Shown here in pieces: positions 16,931 to 26,462 of a DNA stretch of 34,191 bases. Position 1 is the stretch's first letter. Every line of letters begins with the position of its first letter. Under the pieces are notes generated by a model, which saw only the letters and a program-made list of their open reading frames with translations, searched no databases and had not been told where the DNA came from. A program made the translations under genes and the position numbers. Source of the DNA: Nitrospirota bacterium (GTDB lineage: Bacteria; Nitrospirota; Nitrospiria; 2-01-FULL-66-17); assembly GCA_049325335.1 (NCBI GenBank), contig JBMOMC010000043.1, forward strand, positions 1-34,191. Reading direction: 5' to 3'.

Positions 16931-17899
16931 TCAGGGTGCCGTGAGGAGCCCGAACCGCGCGGATTCGTTGTCGGCGTTGTCGACCGCGGTGATCTGATAG
17001 GTATGGAATCTTGTGGTATCGAATGTTCCGAAATTGCCGAGTCGATACCGTACCGTGGGGTTCGCGGTGATGTTCGTCGTCACCGCGACCATCAGCCCAT
17101 CCGCGTAAATGCGGTACGCCTTGATTCCGCTGCCGCCTTCGTCGGTCGCGGGGCCCCAACTCAATTCGATCCAGGGCGCGGGATCACAGGCCGCGCGACA
17201 ACTGTCTTCGAGCGACAGATTAAACGCTCGAGCCGGAAACGTCGGCGGCGTCCGATCGTCGAACGGATTCCCTGATCGCTGGATAACTCCAAAGGTCCCG
17301 AAGCTGATGTCTCCCTGAAAGCAGGAGACTTCGCGGACCAACGCCCCGGCGGTGTTGGCCAGGTCGCCGCAGACTTCCTGCCACAGTCCGGCCGGACTCA
17401 GACGCCCCAGGACCAGCGTGCTTTCAACGGCGGGGGTGATGTTGCAGGCCACTGGATCATACCGAATGGTCAGGACCAGCGGATCCTGATCGCCCCCGAT
17501 CAAGGTCCCCAATTCAGGCGGGGACACCGCCGTGATACTAAACGCCGTGTCCACATGGATGCCGGCCGGCAACCCCCGGTTCGCGACCGGAGCAATCTGA
17601 ATTCTGGCGTTGGTTATACCCGTCGGCAAGGAATTTTGCGGGATATCGAGACGGACCTTCACTTTGGACTGATCCGTAGCAGGGTCGTCGGGATTGATGC
17701 GCGCATCCGCCGCCCAAAAGAGACTGGTGGCCGTGGAGTCTATTGAAAAATCAAGCGCTTGTCCCGTGGATTCGCAACCTTGCGCCGCGCCTGACACTGG
17801 CTTGGAGGATTGTTCGGGTGGGGCGATTCCCGCTCCACAAGCCGCGAGAATCCACGCTGTCCCAAAGAGGAGAGCGAATAAGCGGTCGAATGGTTTCAC
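16931..17899 (-). CDS. Lipoprotein with C-terminal fibronectin type III-like domain
   Basis: Lipobox LAAC; LSWGPATD..GSGIKAYRIY and YQITAVDNADNES FN3 signature. Start uncertain. Confidence 0.75.
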   Translation of the reverse strand: MKPFDRLFALLFGTAWILAACGAGIAPPEQSSKPVSGAAQGCESTGQALDFSIDSTATSLFWAADARINPDDPATDQSKVKVRLDIPQNSLPTGITNARIQIAPVANRGLPAGIHVDTAFSITAVSPPELGTLIGGDQDPLVLTIRYDPVACNITPAVESTLVLGRLSPAGLWQEVCGDLANTAGALVREVSCFQGDISFGTFGVIQRSGNPFDDRTPPTFPARAFNLSLEDSCRAACDPAPWIELSWGPATDEGGSGIKAYRIYADGLMVAVTTNITANPTVRYRLGNFGTFDTTRFHTYQITAVDNADNESARFGLLTAP

Positions 17900-18041
17900 G
17901 ACGGAAAGACCGGTAAGGGGGGCTTGAAATTCATGCCGGAGGGAATCGGGGACCCGGGCGCGGCTCATGGTCATCGTCTCTACGGATACTGTTGAAAAAT
18001 CGGACAAAAAAGCGTATAGGATGGCGACACGGAGGAACGGT

Positions 18042-19037
18042 ATGAACTATCCAGAACTTGCGTCGGACGTTTTACAAGGACGGGAGCTGAGTCCTGAGGA
18101 GGGGTTAGAAGTGCTCCGGGCTCCGGTTGATGCGCTTCCCGGCATGCTGGACGCGGCGTTTCAGGTGCGCCGGGCCACGTTCGGCCGCAGAGTGCAGTTT
18201 CACGTGTTGATGAACGCCAAGAGCGGATGGTGCCCGGAAGATTGCGGGTACTGCTCCCAATCGTCCACGGCGTCTTCGGATATTGACCGGTACCCGCTCC
18301 GGTCGGCCGAGGACATGGTGCGGGCGGCCCGGAGCGCGCATGAAGCGGGCGCGCACCGGTTTTGCGTGGTGATCAGCGGGCGCGGCGTGGCGGACGACGA
18401 ATTGGAGGAAGTATCGCGCGCGGTGCGGGCGATTAAATCCGAGGTCCCGATCGAAGTATGTTGCTCCCTGGGGTTGTTGGATCGGGGGAAAGCCGACCGT
18501 CTGAAACACGCGGGCGTTGATCGGGTGAACCACAATTTGAATACCAGCTCAGAATACTACGGGAAGATCTGTTCAACCCATACGTACGAGGACCGTGTGG
18601 CCACGGTGAAGACGGTTCAGCGCGCCGGGTTGTCCACGTGCAGCGGCGTATTGGCTGGCATGGGTGAAACCGACCGTGATCTCGTTGACGTGGCGCGAGC
18701 CCTGCGGGCCTTGCGGGTGGACTCGGTCCCCGTCAACTTTTTGAATCCCATGCCTGGAACGCCGCTTGAAGGCGTGCGGTCACTGACTCCCTGGTACTGT
18801 TTGAAAGTCCTCTGCGTGTTCCGCTTCATGCTGCCGAAAACCGAGATTCGTATCGCCGGCGGGCGCGAGGTGAATCTGCGCGGTCTTCAACCCCTGGCCC
18901 TGTATCCGGGGAATTCGCTGTTTATCAACGGGTATCTCACTACCGGTGGCCAATCCGCTGACGAGGCGATCGCCATGGTGAAGGATATGGGGTTTGAGGT
19001 TGATATGCTCCCCGTGCTTACCCCGCACGCCTCCTGA
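18042..19037 (+). CDS. bioB: Biotin synthase
   Basis: NAKSGWCPEDCGYCSQS, NHNLNT, VPVNFL and IRIAGGRE motifs; GGAGG RBS. Confidence 0.96.
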   Translation: MNYPELASDVLQGRELSPEEGLEVLRAPVDALPGMLDAAFQVRRATFGRRVQFHVLMNAKSGWCPEDCGYCSQSSTASSDIDRYPLRSAEDMVRAARSAHEAGAHRFCVVISGRGVADDELEEVSRAVRAIKSEVPIEVCCSLGLLDRGKADRLKHAGVDRVNHNLNTSSEYYGKICSTHTYEDRVATVKTVQRAGLSTCSGVLAGMGETDRDLVDVARALRALRVDSVPVNFLNPMPGTPLEGVRSLTPWYCLKVLCVFRFMLPKTEIRIAGGREVNLRGLQPLALYPGNSLFINGYLTTGGQSADEAIAMVKDMGFEVDMLPVLTPHAS

Positions 19038-19120
19038 ATAAGTCGTCGCTGATCCCCTGCATAACGGGCGGAATCGCCTGCTCGCCAAGATCCGCACAAG
19101 ATTATCTAAAGTTATCTTTT

Positions 19121-19135
19121 TTCTTGACTCAAGAA
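19121..19135. promoter_or_regulatory. Perfect palindrome (candidate operator) over a TTGACT -35-like box
   Basis: TTCTTGA-C-TCAAGAA in an AT-rich intergenic region upstream of the parA-like gene. Confidence 0.4.
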
Positions 19136-19358
19136 TTACAGTCGTGTTATCAATCCACACTTAACGGATCAGGATTTAGTACTAGGAGTTTCAAGAAGTT
19201 ATACATCTAGTCGCTTGCGAAAGGAGGTGAGGTTGGGGTTGTGAGTTGAGGTGGGAAGAAAAACTCAACAAGATAGAATGAACGGGTGTTGCTCGGTGTT
19301 TGGCGGGTTCGTGTGCTGCGGTTCCGGCGAGGACCGCTTACCCCAGGGAGGGTGGACC

Positions 19359-20504
19359 ATGCGAGTGATTGCGGTCGTGAACCAGAAGGGTGGCTGTGGG
19401 AAAACAACCACGGCCATTAACTTGGCGGCGTGTCTGGCCGCGCAATCGCGCAACGTGTTGTTGATCGATCTTGACCCACAGGCCCATGCAACGCTCGGAT
19501 TAAGTATTAAGCCCGAGGAAGCGGAGCGGGGAATGTACGAGGTATTGGTCGGGGAAGCCTCGCTCGAGGAAGTGATTAATCAAGTGCTCCCCAATCTCTC
19601 GCTGGCGCCATCCAATATTGCATTGAGCGCGATCGAACAGTTCCTCGCCGGCACGCCGGAGCGCGAACGGCAATTGGCCGCGCGGCTGGCGGCCCTGGGC
19701 GATCGGTTTGACTACGTGTTGATCGATTGTCCGCCGAACGTCGGCTTGCTGACGTTTAACGCGTTGATCGCCTGTCAGGAAGCGCTCGTGCCGGTGGAGA
19801 CCAGCTTCTTCTCCCTCCAAGGCGTGGTCAAGTTATCCGAAACCATCAAACTCATCAGCGACAAAATCGGCCACGAAATCACGGTTCGCGTATTACCCAC
19901 GAAGTTCGACCGCCGCGCCGGGTACGCCAAGGAGGTGCTGGCCAAAATCCGCGAGCAGTTCAGCGCCGTGACCATGGCGACCACGATCAACCTGAACGAC
20001 AAACTGCGCGAAGCCGCCTGTCTCGGGTTGCCCATCACCGAATACGCCCCGGAGTCGGCCGGATTCAAGGACTATATGGCGTTGGCGCGGGAACTGATCG
20101 TGTTGGAAAAATCCAAGGCAGGGTCCACGGACGCGGAGGTCGGGTTGGGGCCCCACTCCCGTTCCGGAGTGCTGTTTACCGTCAAACTGCCGGGCGCTCA
20201 CGACGTGAAGCTGGCCGGAGATTTTAATGGGTGGGTGCCGGACCGTCATGTGCTGAGCCTGAAAGAGGACGGCGGTCTCTGGAAGAAACTCGTGTTCTTG
20301 GCGCCCGGCAGCTACCAATACAAATACGTGGTGGACGACGAGTGGCGGGAGGACCCCCACAACGCGCTCTCGGTGCGCGATAGTCTGGGCGGCCAGAGTT
20401 CCGTGGTGGTGGTGGAGACCATGACCGTCACGGTGGTCAAACAACACGCGAGCGGCGCGTCCACGACCCCGACGACGGCTGAAAACGCCGGAACGAACCG
20501 ATAA
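19359..20504 (+). CDS. ParA/Soj family ATPase fused to a C-terminal CBM48/AMPK-beta-like glycogen-binding domain
   Basis: NQKGGCGKTTT deviant Walker A, IDLDPQ and IDCPP motifs. C-terminal VKLAGDFNGW...W...LAPGSYQYKYVVDDEWREDP. GGGAGG RBS. Confidence 0.9.
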   Translation: MRVIAVVNQKGGCGKTTTAINLAACLAAQSRNVLLIDLDPQAHATLGLSIKPEEAERGMYEVLVGEASLEEVINQVLPNLSLAPSNIALSAIEQFLAGTPERERQLAARLAALGDRFDYVLIDCPPNVGLLTFNALIACQEALVPVETSFFSLQGVVKLSETIKLISDKIGHEITVRVLPTKFDRRAGYAKEVLAKIREQFSAVTMATTINLNDKLREAACLGLPITEYAPESAGFKDYMALARELIVLEKSKAGSTDAEVGLGPHSRSGVLFTVKLPGAHDVKLAGDFNGWVPDRHVLSLKEDGGLWKKLVFLAPGSYQYKYVVDDEWREDPHNALSVRDSLGGQSSVVVVETMTVTVVKQHASGASTTPTTAENAGTNR

Positions 20505-20531
20505 CACCCGCGCCACATCACGGACGACACC

Positions 20532-20575
20532 GCGTCCCGCCCGGCGTTGACAAGCGTCGGGCGGGACGCTACGTT
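20532..20575 (+). promoter_or_regulatory. 15-bp hairpin with TTGACA in the loop; putative promoter of the patatin gene
   Basis: GCGTCCCGCCCGGCG-TTGACAAG-CGTCGGGCGGGACGC. TTGACA (20547-20552), 17 bp, TACGTT (20570-20575), then ATG 6 nt later. Confidence 0.6.
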
Positions 20576-20581
20576 TGAGAC

Positions 20582-21499
20582 ATGGACGGTGTGCTGCAGG
20601 GGGTTGCCCCTAAAACCGCGATCGTATTTTCGGGAGGCGGCGCGCGCGGCGCCTATAGTGCAGGGGTCGCGCTGGCGTTCGCAAAACATGGGTTGTATCC
20701 GGAGATCGTGTCCGGGACATCCGTGGGCGCGTTGGTGGCTGCCATGGTGGTGGCCGGGGACGAAGAACGGCTGTGCGCGATCTGGAGTCGCTTGACCCCC
20801 GCGCAGGTGTTCGCGATTCGGTCGCGAGTTCAGTTTTTCCTGTCGTTTATTCGACCGTACCGCTATCCGGCGTTCAGCTCCGACCCGCTGGCCCGGCTGA
20901 TTCAAGAGAATTTGAGCCTCGAGAAAATTCGCCAAAGCCCGCGCAAGTTGATCGTCACGTGTTACAACCAGACGCGCCACCGCGTTGACCGGTTCGACAA
21001 TCATTTCCCGGACCTCCCGCAGGCATTGTTGGCCAGTACGTCGATCCCCTTGGTGTTCCCGCCGGTCCAGATGAACGGACAGGAATACGTGGATCTGGGG
21101 TCAACGGTCTGGCCGCTCAAACCGGCGATCTCGCAGGGCGCGGAGCGCATCTACGCGGTGATGTGCGATCACCCGGATGACCATCGCCGGACCGCGCGCA
21201 ATAACTTAGAATGGGCCATTCAGGTCATGAATCTCTCCCAACGGTCAAACATGTTGGTTGATATCGAGTTGGCGCGACGGATCAATTTGACCGCGCACGG
21301 GAACGGGTACAAGTTCGTGGAGCTCACGCTGATTCAACCCTCCAAGACGTTGGGGCTCGGGTTCATGGATTTCCACAAAAAGCTCCAACTCAATCGCGCC
21401 ATCGAGATGGGGTTCGAGGACGCCACGGCGGCGCTTACCCGTCAACCGACCACCACGCCGGTCGAGTCCCTCCAGGGCGAATTCTGCCCGTATATCTGA
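20582..21499 (+). CDS. Patatin-like phospholipase
   Basis: GGGARG, GTSVG (catalytic Ser), ASTSIPLVFPPV and YVDLG motifs. Confidence 0.9.
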   Translation: MDGVLQGVAPKTAIVFSGGGARGAYSAGVALAFAKHGLYPEIVSGTSVGALVAAMVVAGDEERLCAIWSRLTPAQVFAIRSRVQFFLSFIRPYRYPAFSSDPLARLIQENLSLEKIRQSPRKLIVTCYNQTRHRVDRFDNHFPDLPQALLASTSIPLVFPPVQMNGQEYVDLGSTVWPLKPAISQGAERIYAVMCDHPDDHRRTARNNLEWAIQVMNLSQRSNMLVDIELARRINLTAHGNGYKFVELTLIQPSKTLGLGFMDFHKKLQLNRAIEMGFEDATAALTRQPTTTPVESLQGEFCPYI

Positions 21500-21550
21500 A
21501 GATCTAACCGACGCCTTTACTCCATCACCCAGGGTGGTTTACCATCCGAC

Positions 21551-22087
21551 ATGATGCGATTCCCGTCAATGGCTCCTCGCGCTGGGGTGCTCGCCGGAAT
21601 AGTGGCCGTGTGCGTCGGACTGCCGGCCTGCGGCACCCCGCCGAATGAAACCACGGGGTCGGGCGAGGAGATGGAGCTGACGTGGGTGGATATTCGACAG
21701 TTCAACGCCCCGAGCCCGGTGAACGATCCGCAACAGCCGTCCGTACACCGGGTGACCGGCGACGTGCGGCTGGTCTTTCGCAACGCCGACCACCCCGCTG
21801 CGTTGCTGATTGATTTTGAGGCTAAGTCCGGCTCCCGGACACATAATGAACTCGATCTCGCGACGCTCAAGCCCGACATCCTTGAAGCGACCGGCGGTCA
21901 GTGGTCCCTACGGGCGCCGCTGATGGTCCCGGAGCTGGGTTTCCTCGAGTTTACCGCCGCCTTGGTGGACCAACGCGGCTCATCCGGTTTGATCGGGGGC
22001 GGTTTTACGGTCGGCAACGCCTTCGACGGAAACAATGGGGGCCAGGCATCCGACGTCAACACCACGACCGTATTCGACGGTCCGTGA
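21551..22087 (+). CDS. Hypothetical lipoprotein
   Basis: Hydrophobic N-terminus with LPAC lipobox; fills the gap between patatin and comM. Confidence 0.7.
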   Translation: MMRFPSMAPRAGVLAGIVAVCVGLPACGTPPNETTGSGEEMELTWVDIRQFNAPSPVNDPQQPSVHRVTGDVRLVFRNADHPAALLIDFEAKSGSRTHNELDLATLKPDILEATGGQWSLRAPLMVPELGFLEFTAALVDQRGSSGLIGGGFTVGNAFDGNNGGQASDVNTTTVFDGP

Positions 22088-22231
22088 TCGCGGCCCGTGG
22101 CGCAACGGCCTCGCCCGTCTGATCTGTAAAACCCCGTCCTGCGTGTGGTAAACTCCGTGGCCGCAAATCCCGCGTGGGGAAGCGGGTCGCTCCATTGGCG
22201 AGAAGAGCGCGCGATCGGTCGAGGACTCACG

Positions 22232-23761
22232 ATGCTGGCAACGGTGCGAAGCAGCGCGGTGTTCGGACTCGATGGGTACGTGGTCGACGTGGAAGTCGAC
22301 ATTGCGCAGGGCCTGCCGATGTTCAACATCGTCGGCTTGCCCGACCTGGCGATCAAAGAAGCCAAGGACCGGGTGCGGGCAGCCATGAAAAACACCGGCC
22401 TGACATTTCCCATCAAGCGCATCACGGTCAACCTTGCGCCGGCCGACGTCAAAAAAGAGGGCGCGGGCTTCGACCTGCCCATGGCCGTCGGCATCCTGGT
22501 TGCCGAGGGGTCGCTGTCGGCGGACCGCGCGGCGCCGTACGGATTCGTGGGGGAGTTATCGCTTGATGGACGCGTGCGGCCGGTGCGGGGCGCATTGCCC
22601 ATGGCGTTGGCGGCGCGGACCGCCGGGCTCCGCGGCCTGATCCTGCCGCGCGACAACGCGTCGGAGGCCGCGATCGTCGAGGGCCTCGCGGTCTACGGCG
22701 TGGACACCTTGCCGCAGGTGCTGGAGTTTCTGGACGGTCGCCAGCCGCTTGATCGCGTTCGGTCCGGCGCGGTCGGGGTCCAGACCGCGTCCAAGGACGC
22801 GGATGATTTTGCCGACGTCAAGGGCCAGGAGCACGCCAAACGCGCGCTCGAGGTCGCGGCCGCGGGCGGGCACAACGTGTTGATGGTGGGGCCTCCGGGG
22901 TCCGGTAAAACCATGCTGGCGCGGGCGTTGGCCGCGATCCTGCCCGACATGACGCAGGACGAAGCCCTGGAGTGCACCAAAATTCACAGCGTCATGGGCC
23001 TGCTCGCGCCCGAGACACCCCTGTTGTCGGCGCGCCCGTTTCAAGCGCCGCACCACACCATCTCGGACGCCGGCTTGATCGGCGGCGGACAGATTCCCAA
23101 GCCCGGGGAGGTGAGTCTCGCGCACCACGGCGTCCTGTTTTTGGACGAATTGCCCGAATTTCGCCGCAATGTGTTGGAGGTGCTCCGACAACCGTTGGAA
23201 CACCGGCGGGTGACGATCGCCCGGTCGTCCGCGTCCGTGACGTATCCGGCGGGGTTCATGTTGGTGGCCGCGATGAACCCGTGTCCGTGCGGGCATTTCG
23301 CGGATCGCACCCGCCAGTGCACCTGCACGCCGGTGCAGATTCAGCGCTACCGCGCGCGGGTGTCCGGCCCGTTGCTGGATCGGATCGATCTCCATATCGA
23401 CGTGCCGGCGGTGCCGTTCGGCGATCTGAGCAACGATCACCCGCGTGAGGAGTCCTCGCGGGTGCGCGCGCGGGTCGCCAAGGCGCGCGAAGTCCAACAG
23501 GCGCGATACGCCGAAGAGGGCTTTTACTGCAACGCGCAATTACGGCCGCGGCTGCTGAAGCGACATTGCGACATCGGGTCCGACGCGCACGGGTTGATCG
23601 AACAGGCGATGACCAAGCTCGGGCTCTCCGCGCGCGCGTACCATCGGATCCTAAAGGTGGCCCGGACCGTGGCGGACCTCGACGGCGCGGACCGCGTGTC
23701 GTCCCGTCACGTGGCGGAAGCCATCCAGTACCGGAATTGGGATCGTCGGGTGAGCCATTGA
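22232..23761 (+). CDS. comM: YifB/ComM family Mg-chelatase-like AAA+ ATPase
   Basis: IVGLPD, ITVNLAPAD, GPPGSGKTM, GEVSLAHHGVLFLDELPEF, AMNPCPCG and SGPLLDRID motifs. Confidence 0.93.
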   Translation: MLATVRSSAVFGLDGYVVDVEVDIAQGLPMFNIVGLPDLAIKEAKDRVRAAMKNTGLTFPIKRITVNLAPADVKKEGAGFDLPMAVGILVAEGSLSADRAAPYGFVGELSLDGRVRPVRGALPMALAARTAGLRGLILPRDNASEAAIVEGLAVYGVDTLPQVLEFLDGRQPLDRVRSGAVGVQTASKDADDFADVKGQEHAKRALEVAAAGGHNVLMVGPPGSGKTMLARALAAILPDMTQDEALECTKIHSVMGLLAPETPLLSARPFQAPHHTISDAGLIGGGQIPKPGEVSLAHHGVLFLDELPEFRRNVLEVLRQPLEHRRVTIARSSASVTYPAGFMLVAAMNPCPCGHFADRTRQCTCTPVQIQRYRARVSGPLLDRIDLHIDVPAVPFGDLSNDHPREESSRVRARVAKAREVQQARYAEEGFYCNAQLRPRLLKRHCDIGSDAHGLIEQAMTKLGLSARAYHRILKVARTVADLDGADRVSSRHVAEAIQYRNWDRRVSH

Positions 23762-23791
23762 GCGCGCGGCCGTGCGGCGCGTGAGACGCGG

Positions 23792-26131
23792 ATGACGCCG
23801 GGGTGGGTCGGGCGGGCGTGGCGGCGGGCCTCGCCGTGGCTCATGGCCGTGGGGGTGCTCGCGGCGGCGGGGGCGGTGGCGACCGGCGCCGCGGTGTGGG
23901 CGTTATCGCGTAACCTCCCCGACATCGGCATGCTCCGCTCCTACCAACCGAGCTTGGTCACCCGAGTCTACGCGGACGACAATCGTCAGATCGGCCAGTT
24001 CTTCGTTGAAAAACGCGTGCTGACGCCGTTGACCCGCATTCCGAAAACGCTGATCAACGCCGTGATCGCGGTCGAGGATACGCGGTTCTACCAACACGAA
24101 GGATTGGACGCCCTGCGGATCGCGAAGGCGCTGCTGGTCGACGTCATGGCCATGCAGATGCGCGAGGGCGCGAGCACCATTACCCAGCAACTGGCGCGGT
24201 CGCTGTTTTTGACCCAGGAAAAAAAGCTCAAACGCAAGGCGCAAGAGATGTTGCTGGCGCTGAAAATCGAACGCATGCTCTCGAAGGACGAAATTCTGGA
24301 AATGTATTTGAACCAGATCTATTTCGGCCACGGGGCCTATGGAGTGCAAGCCGCGGCCAAAACCTACTTCGCCAAGGACGTGGGCGAACTGACGTTGGCG
24401 GAAATGGCGTTTATCGCGGGGTTGCCCAAAGCGCCGACCAACTACTCCCCGTACTTTAACCCGGAACGGGCCAAACAGCGGCAAGGCGTGGTGCTTAAAC
24501 GCATGCTGGATGAACAAGTCCTGACCGACGCCGAATTTCGCGCCGCGTACCGGCAGGATTTGTACTTCGCGAAATATCAGCCGCAGGAACAACTCGCGCC
24601 CTATTTTTTGGAGTATCTGCGGCAACAACTGACCGCCACGTACGGGGAAGAGCTGGTCTATAAGGGGGGGCTCAACGTTTACACCACGCTCAACGTGGAC
24701 ATGCAGGTGGCGGCGGAAGCCGCGTTAAAAGACGGGCTGCGCGCCATCGATAAACGCCAGGGGTTTCGCGGCGCGTTGGCGCACGGGCAAACGCCTCCGG
24801 AGGCCGCGGCGCCGGGCGGCCCGCAGGCCGCGCTGAAACCGGGCGACATCGTCGAAGGCGTGGTCACCAAGGTCGGCCCCCAGCAGGCTGCGGTCGCGGT
24901 CACCGGCGGATCGGGCGTGTTGGCGATGGAGGACGCGGCCTGGGCCCGCAAGCGGTTGCTCCCCCCGGACTTTCGCACCCCGGAGTTTCGGCCCGGGGCG
25001 CCGCTGAACAAGCTGGTTGCGGCGGGTGATCGCATTCTGGTGCGCGTGCTCCGTCGCACCCCGCGCGGGGAATTCACGTTCGCGCTGGAACAGGAGCCGG
25101 TCGTGGAGGGCGCGTTGGTCGCGCTGGACCCGCGGACCGGCGCCATCCGCGCGATGGTCGGCGGCTACGATTTTAAGCGCAGCGAGTTCAATCGCGCCGT
25201 GTCGGCGCGCCGCCAACCCGGGTCCGCGTTTAAACCCTTTATCTACGCGGCCGCGATCGACAGAGGGTGGACGCCCGCGTCGATTCTGGTGGATTCTCCG
25301 GTCATCTACGACGATCCGGCGCTCCAACGCGTATGGAAACCGACCAACTACGAAGATCGATTTTACGGGCCGGTGACGATGCGGGACGCGTTGATTCACT
25401 CCCGCAACGTGGCGACCGTGAAGTTGTTGGACGACGTGGGCATTCAGCCGGCGATCGACTTTGCGCGCCGCGTGGGCATCACCAGCCCGTTGGCCAAGGA
25501 TCTTTCGCTGGCGTTGGGTTCGTCGAGCATCGGATTGCTCGAAGTGACGTCGGCAATCGGGGTGTTCGCGGCGGAAGGGCGCCGCGTCGAACCCGTGGGA
25601 TTGCGATCCGTCACCGACCACGGGGGCAACGTGCTGGCGTATTTTGAGCCCGCGCCCACGGAGGTGGTGTCGCGGGAGACCGCGTACCTGATCACGAACA
25701 TGTTGGAAGACGTGGTGCAATCCGGAACCGGGCAACGCGCGCGCGCGCTGGGGCGTCCGGTGGCCGGGAAAACCGGGACCACCAACGAATTCGCGGACGC
25801 GTGGTTCGTGGGGTACGCGCCGAACCTGGCCGCGGGCGTGTGGGTGGGGTTCGATGACCGGCGATCCCTAGGCGACCGCGAAGCGGGCGCCTCGGTGGCG
25901 CTGCCGGTCTGGGTGGAGTTTATGCGCGCCGCGTTCAGCCACCTCCCGGTGCAGGCGTTCGCGATCCCGGACGGCATCGTGTTCGCGAAAGTGGACCCCA
26001 AAACGGGTGAGCTCGCGGGGCCGGACGCCGAGGCCAAGGTCGAAATGTTCCAACGCGACACCGCCCCGGCCGTGGTCTCCAAGCCGACCACCAGCGTCTC
26101 GCGATTCCGGCAACTCGATCAACCAACCTAA
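23792..26131 (+). CDS. mrcA: Penicillin-binding protein 1A (class A PBP)
   Basis: Transglycosylase EDTRFYQH and GASTITQQ; transpeptidase SAFK, SRN and KTG motifs. Confidence 0.93.
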   Translation: MTPGWVGRAWRRASPWLMAVGVLAAAGAVATGAAVWALSRNLPDIGMLRSYQPSLVTRVYADDNRQIGQFFVEKRVLTPLTRIPKTLINAVIAVEDTRFYQHEGLDALRIAKALLVDVMAMQMREGASTITQQLARSLFLTQEKKLKRKAQEMLLALKIERMLSKDEILEMYLNQIYFGHGAYGVQAAAKTYFAKDVGELTLAEMAFIAGLPKAPTNYSPYFNPERAKQRQGVVLKRMLDEQVLTDAEFRAAYRQDLYFAKYQPQEQLAPYFLEYLRQQLTATYGEELVYKGGLNVYTTLNVDMQVAAEAALKDGLRAIDKRQGFRGALAHGQTPPEAAAPGGPQAALKPGDIVEGVVTKVGPQQAAVAVTGGSGVLAMEDAAWARKRLLPPDFRTPEFRPGAPLNKLVAAGDRILVRVLRRTPRGEFTFALEQEPVVEGALVALDPRTGAIRAMVGGYDFKRSEFNRAVSARRQPGSAFKPFIYAAAIDRGWTPASILVDSPVIYDDPALQRVWKPTNYEDRFYGPVTMRDALIHSRNVATVKLLDDVGIQPAIDFARRVGITSPLAKDLSLALGSSSIGLLEVTSAIGVFAAEGRRVEPVGLRSVTDHGGNVLAYFEPAPTEVVSRETAYLITNMLEDVVQSGTGQRARALGRPVAGKTGTTNEFADAWFVGYAPNLAAGVWVGFDDRRSLGDREAGASVALPVWVEFMRAAFSHLPVQAFAIPDGIVFAKVDPKTGELAGPDAEAKVEMFQRDTAPAVVSKPTTSVSRFRQLDQPT

Positions 26132-26200
26132 CGAGAGGCCCCGAGGCCGAGCGGCCCGAAGAACGCGCGCGCCGCGAACCGCCGGCCGGCCCCTCGCAGC

Positions 26201-26230
26201 TTGACTCGCCAAATGCGTTTCCGGTACAGT
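26201..26230 (+). promoter_or_regulatory. Putative sigma70 promoter of the F0 operon
   Basis: TTGACT-18 bp-TACAGT, 22 nt before the first atp gene. Confidence 0.5.
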
Positions 26231-26252
26231 ACCGGCCTTTGAGAGGCGCCTG

Positions 26253-26459
26253 ATGGCCGAGGACGACGCGTTCCGCAAGGGGCTGGCGCTCGCGGGCCGA
26301 GTCGGCGTAGAACTCGTGGCGGCCACCGTGGTGGGCGTCGGGTTGGGGTATGGTTTGGACCGGTGGTTGGGCACCGGACCGTGGTTGATGATCGTGGGAG
26401 TGTTCTTCGGCGCAGCCGCGGGCATACTCGGGATCTTCCGGCTGGTAAGAAACCTATAG
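26253..26459 (+). CDS. AtpZ/AtpI family protein
   Basis: ELVAATVVGVGLGYGLDRWLGTGPWL motif; first gene of the F0 operon. Confidence 0.88.
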   Translation: MAEDDAFRKGLALAGRVGVELVAATVVGVGLGYGLDRWLGTGPWLMIVGVFFGAAAGILGIFRLVRNL

Positions 26460-26462
26460 ACG

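Noticed and set aside
17900..18041. BirA operator upstream of bioB
   Set aside because: No TGT(A/C)AAC-N14-16-GTT(T/G)ACA-like palindrome was found.
19038..19358. oriC or parS near the parA-like gene
   Set aside because: The region is AT-rich but has no clustered TTATCCACA boxes, no GTTTCACGTGAAAC, and no dnaA or parB in the window.
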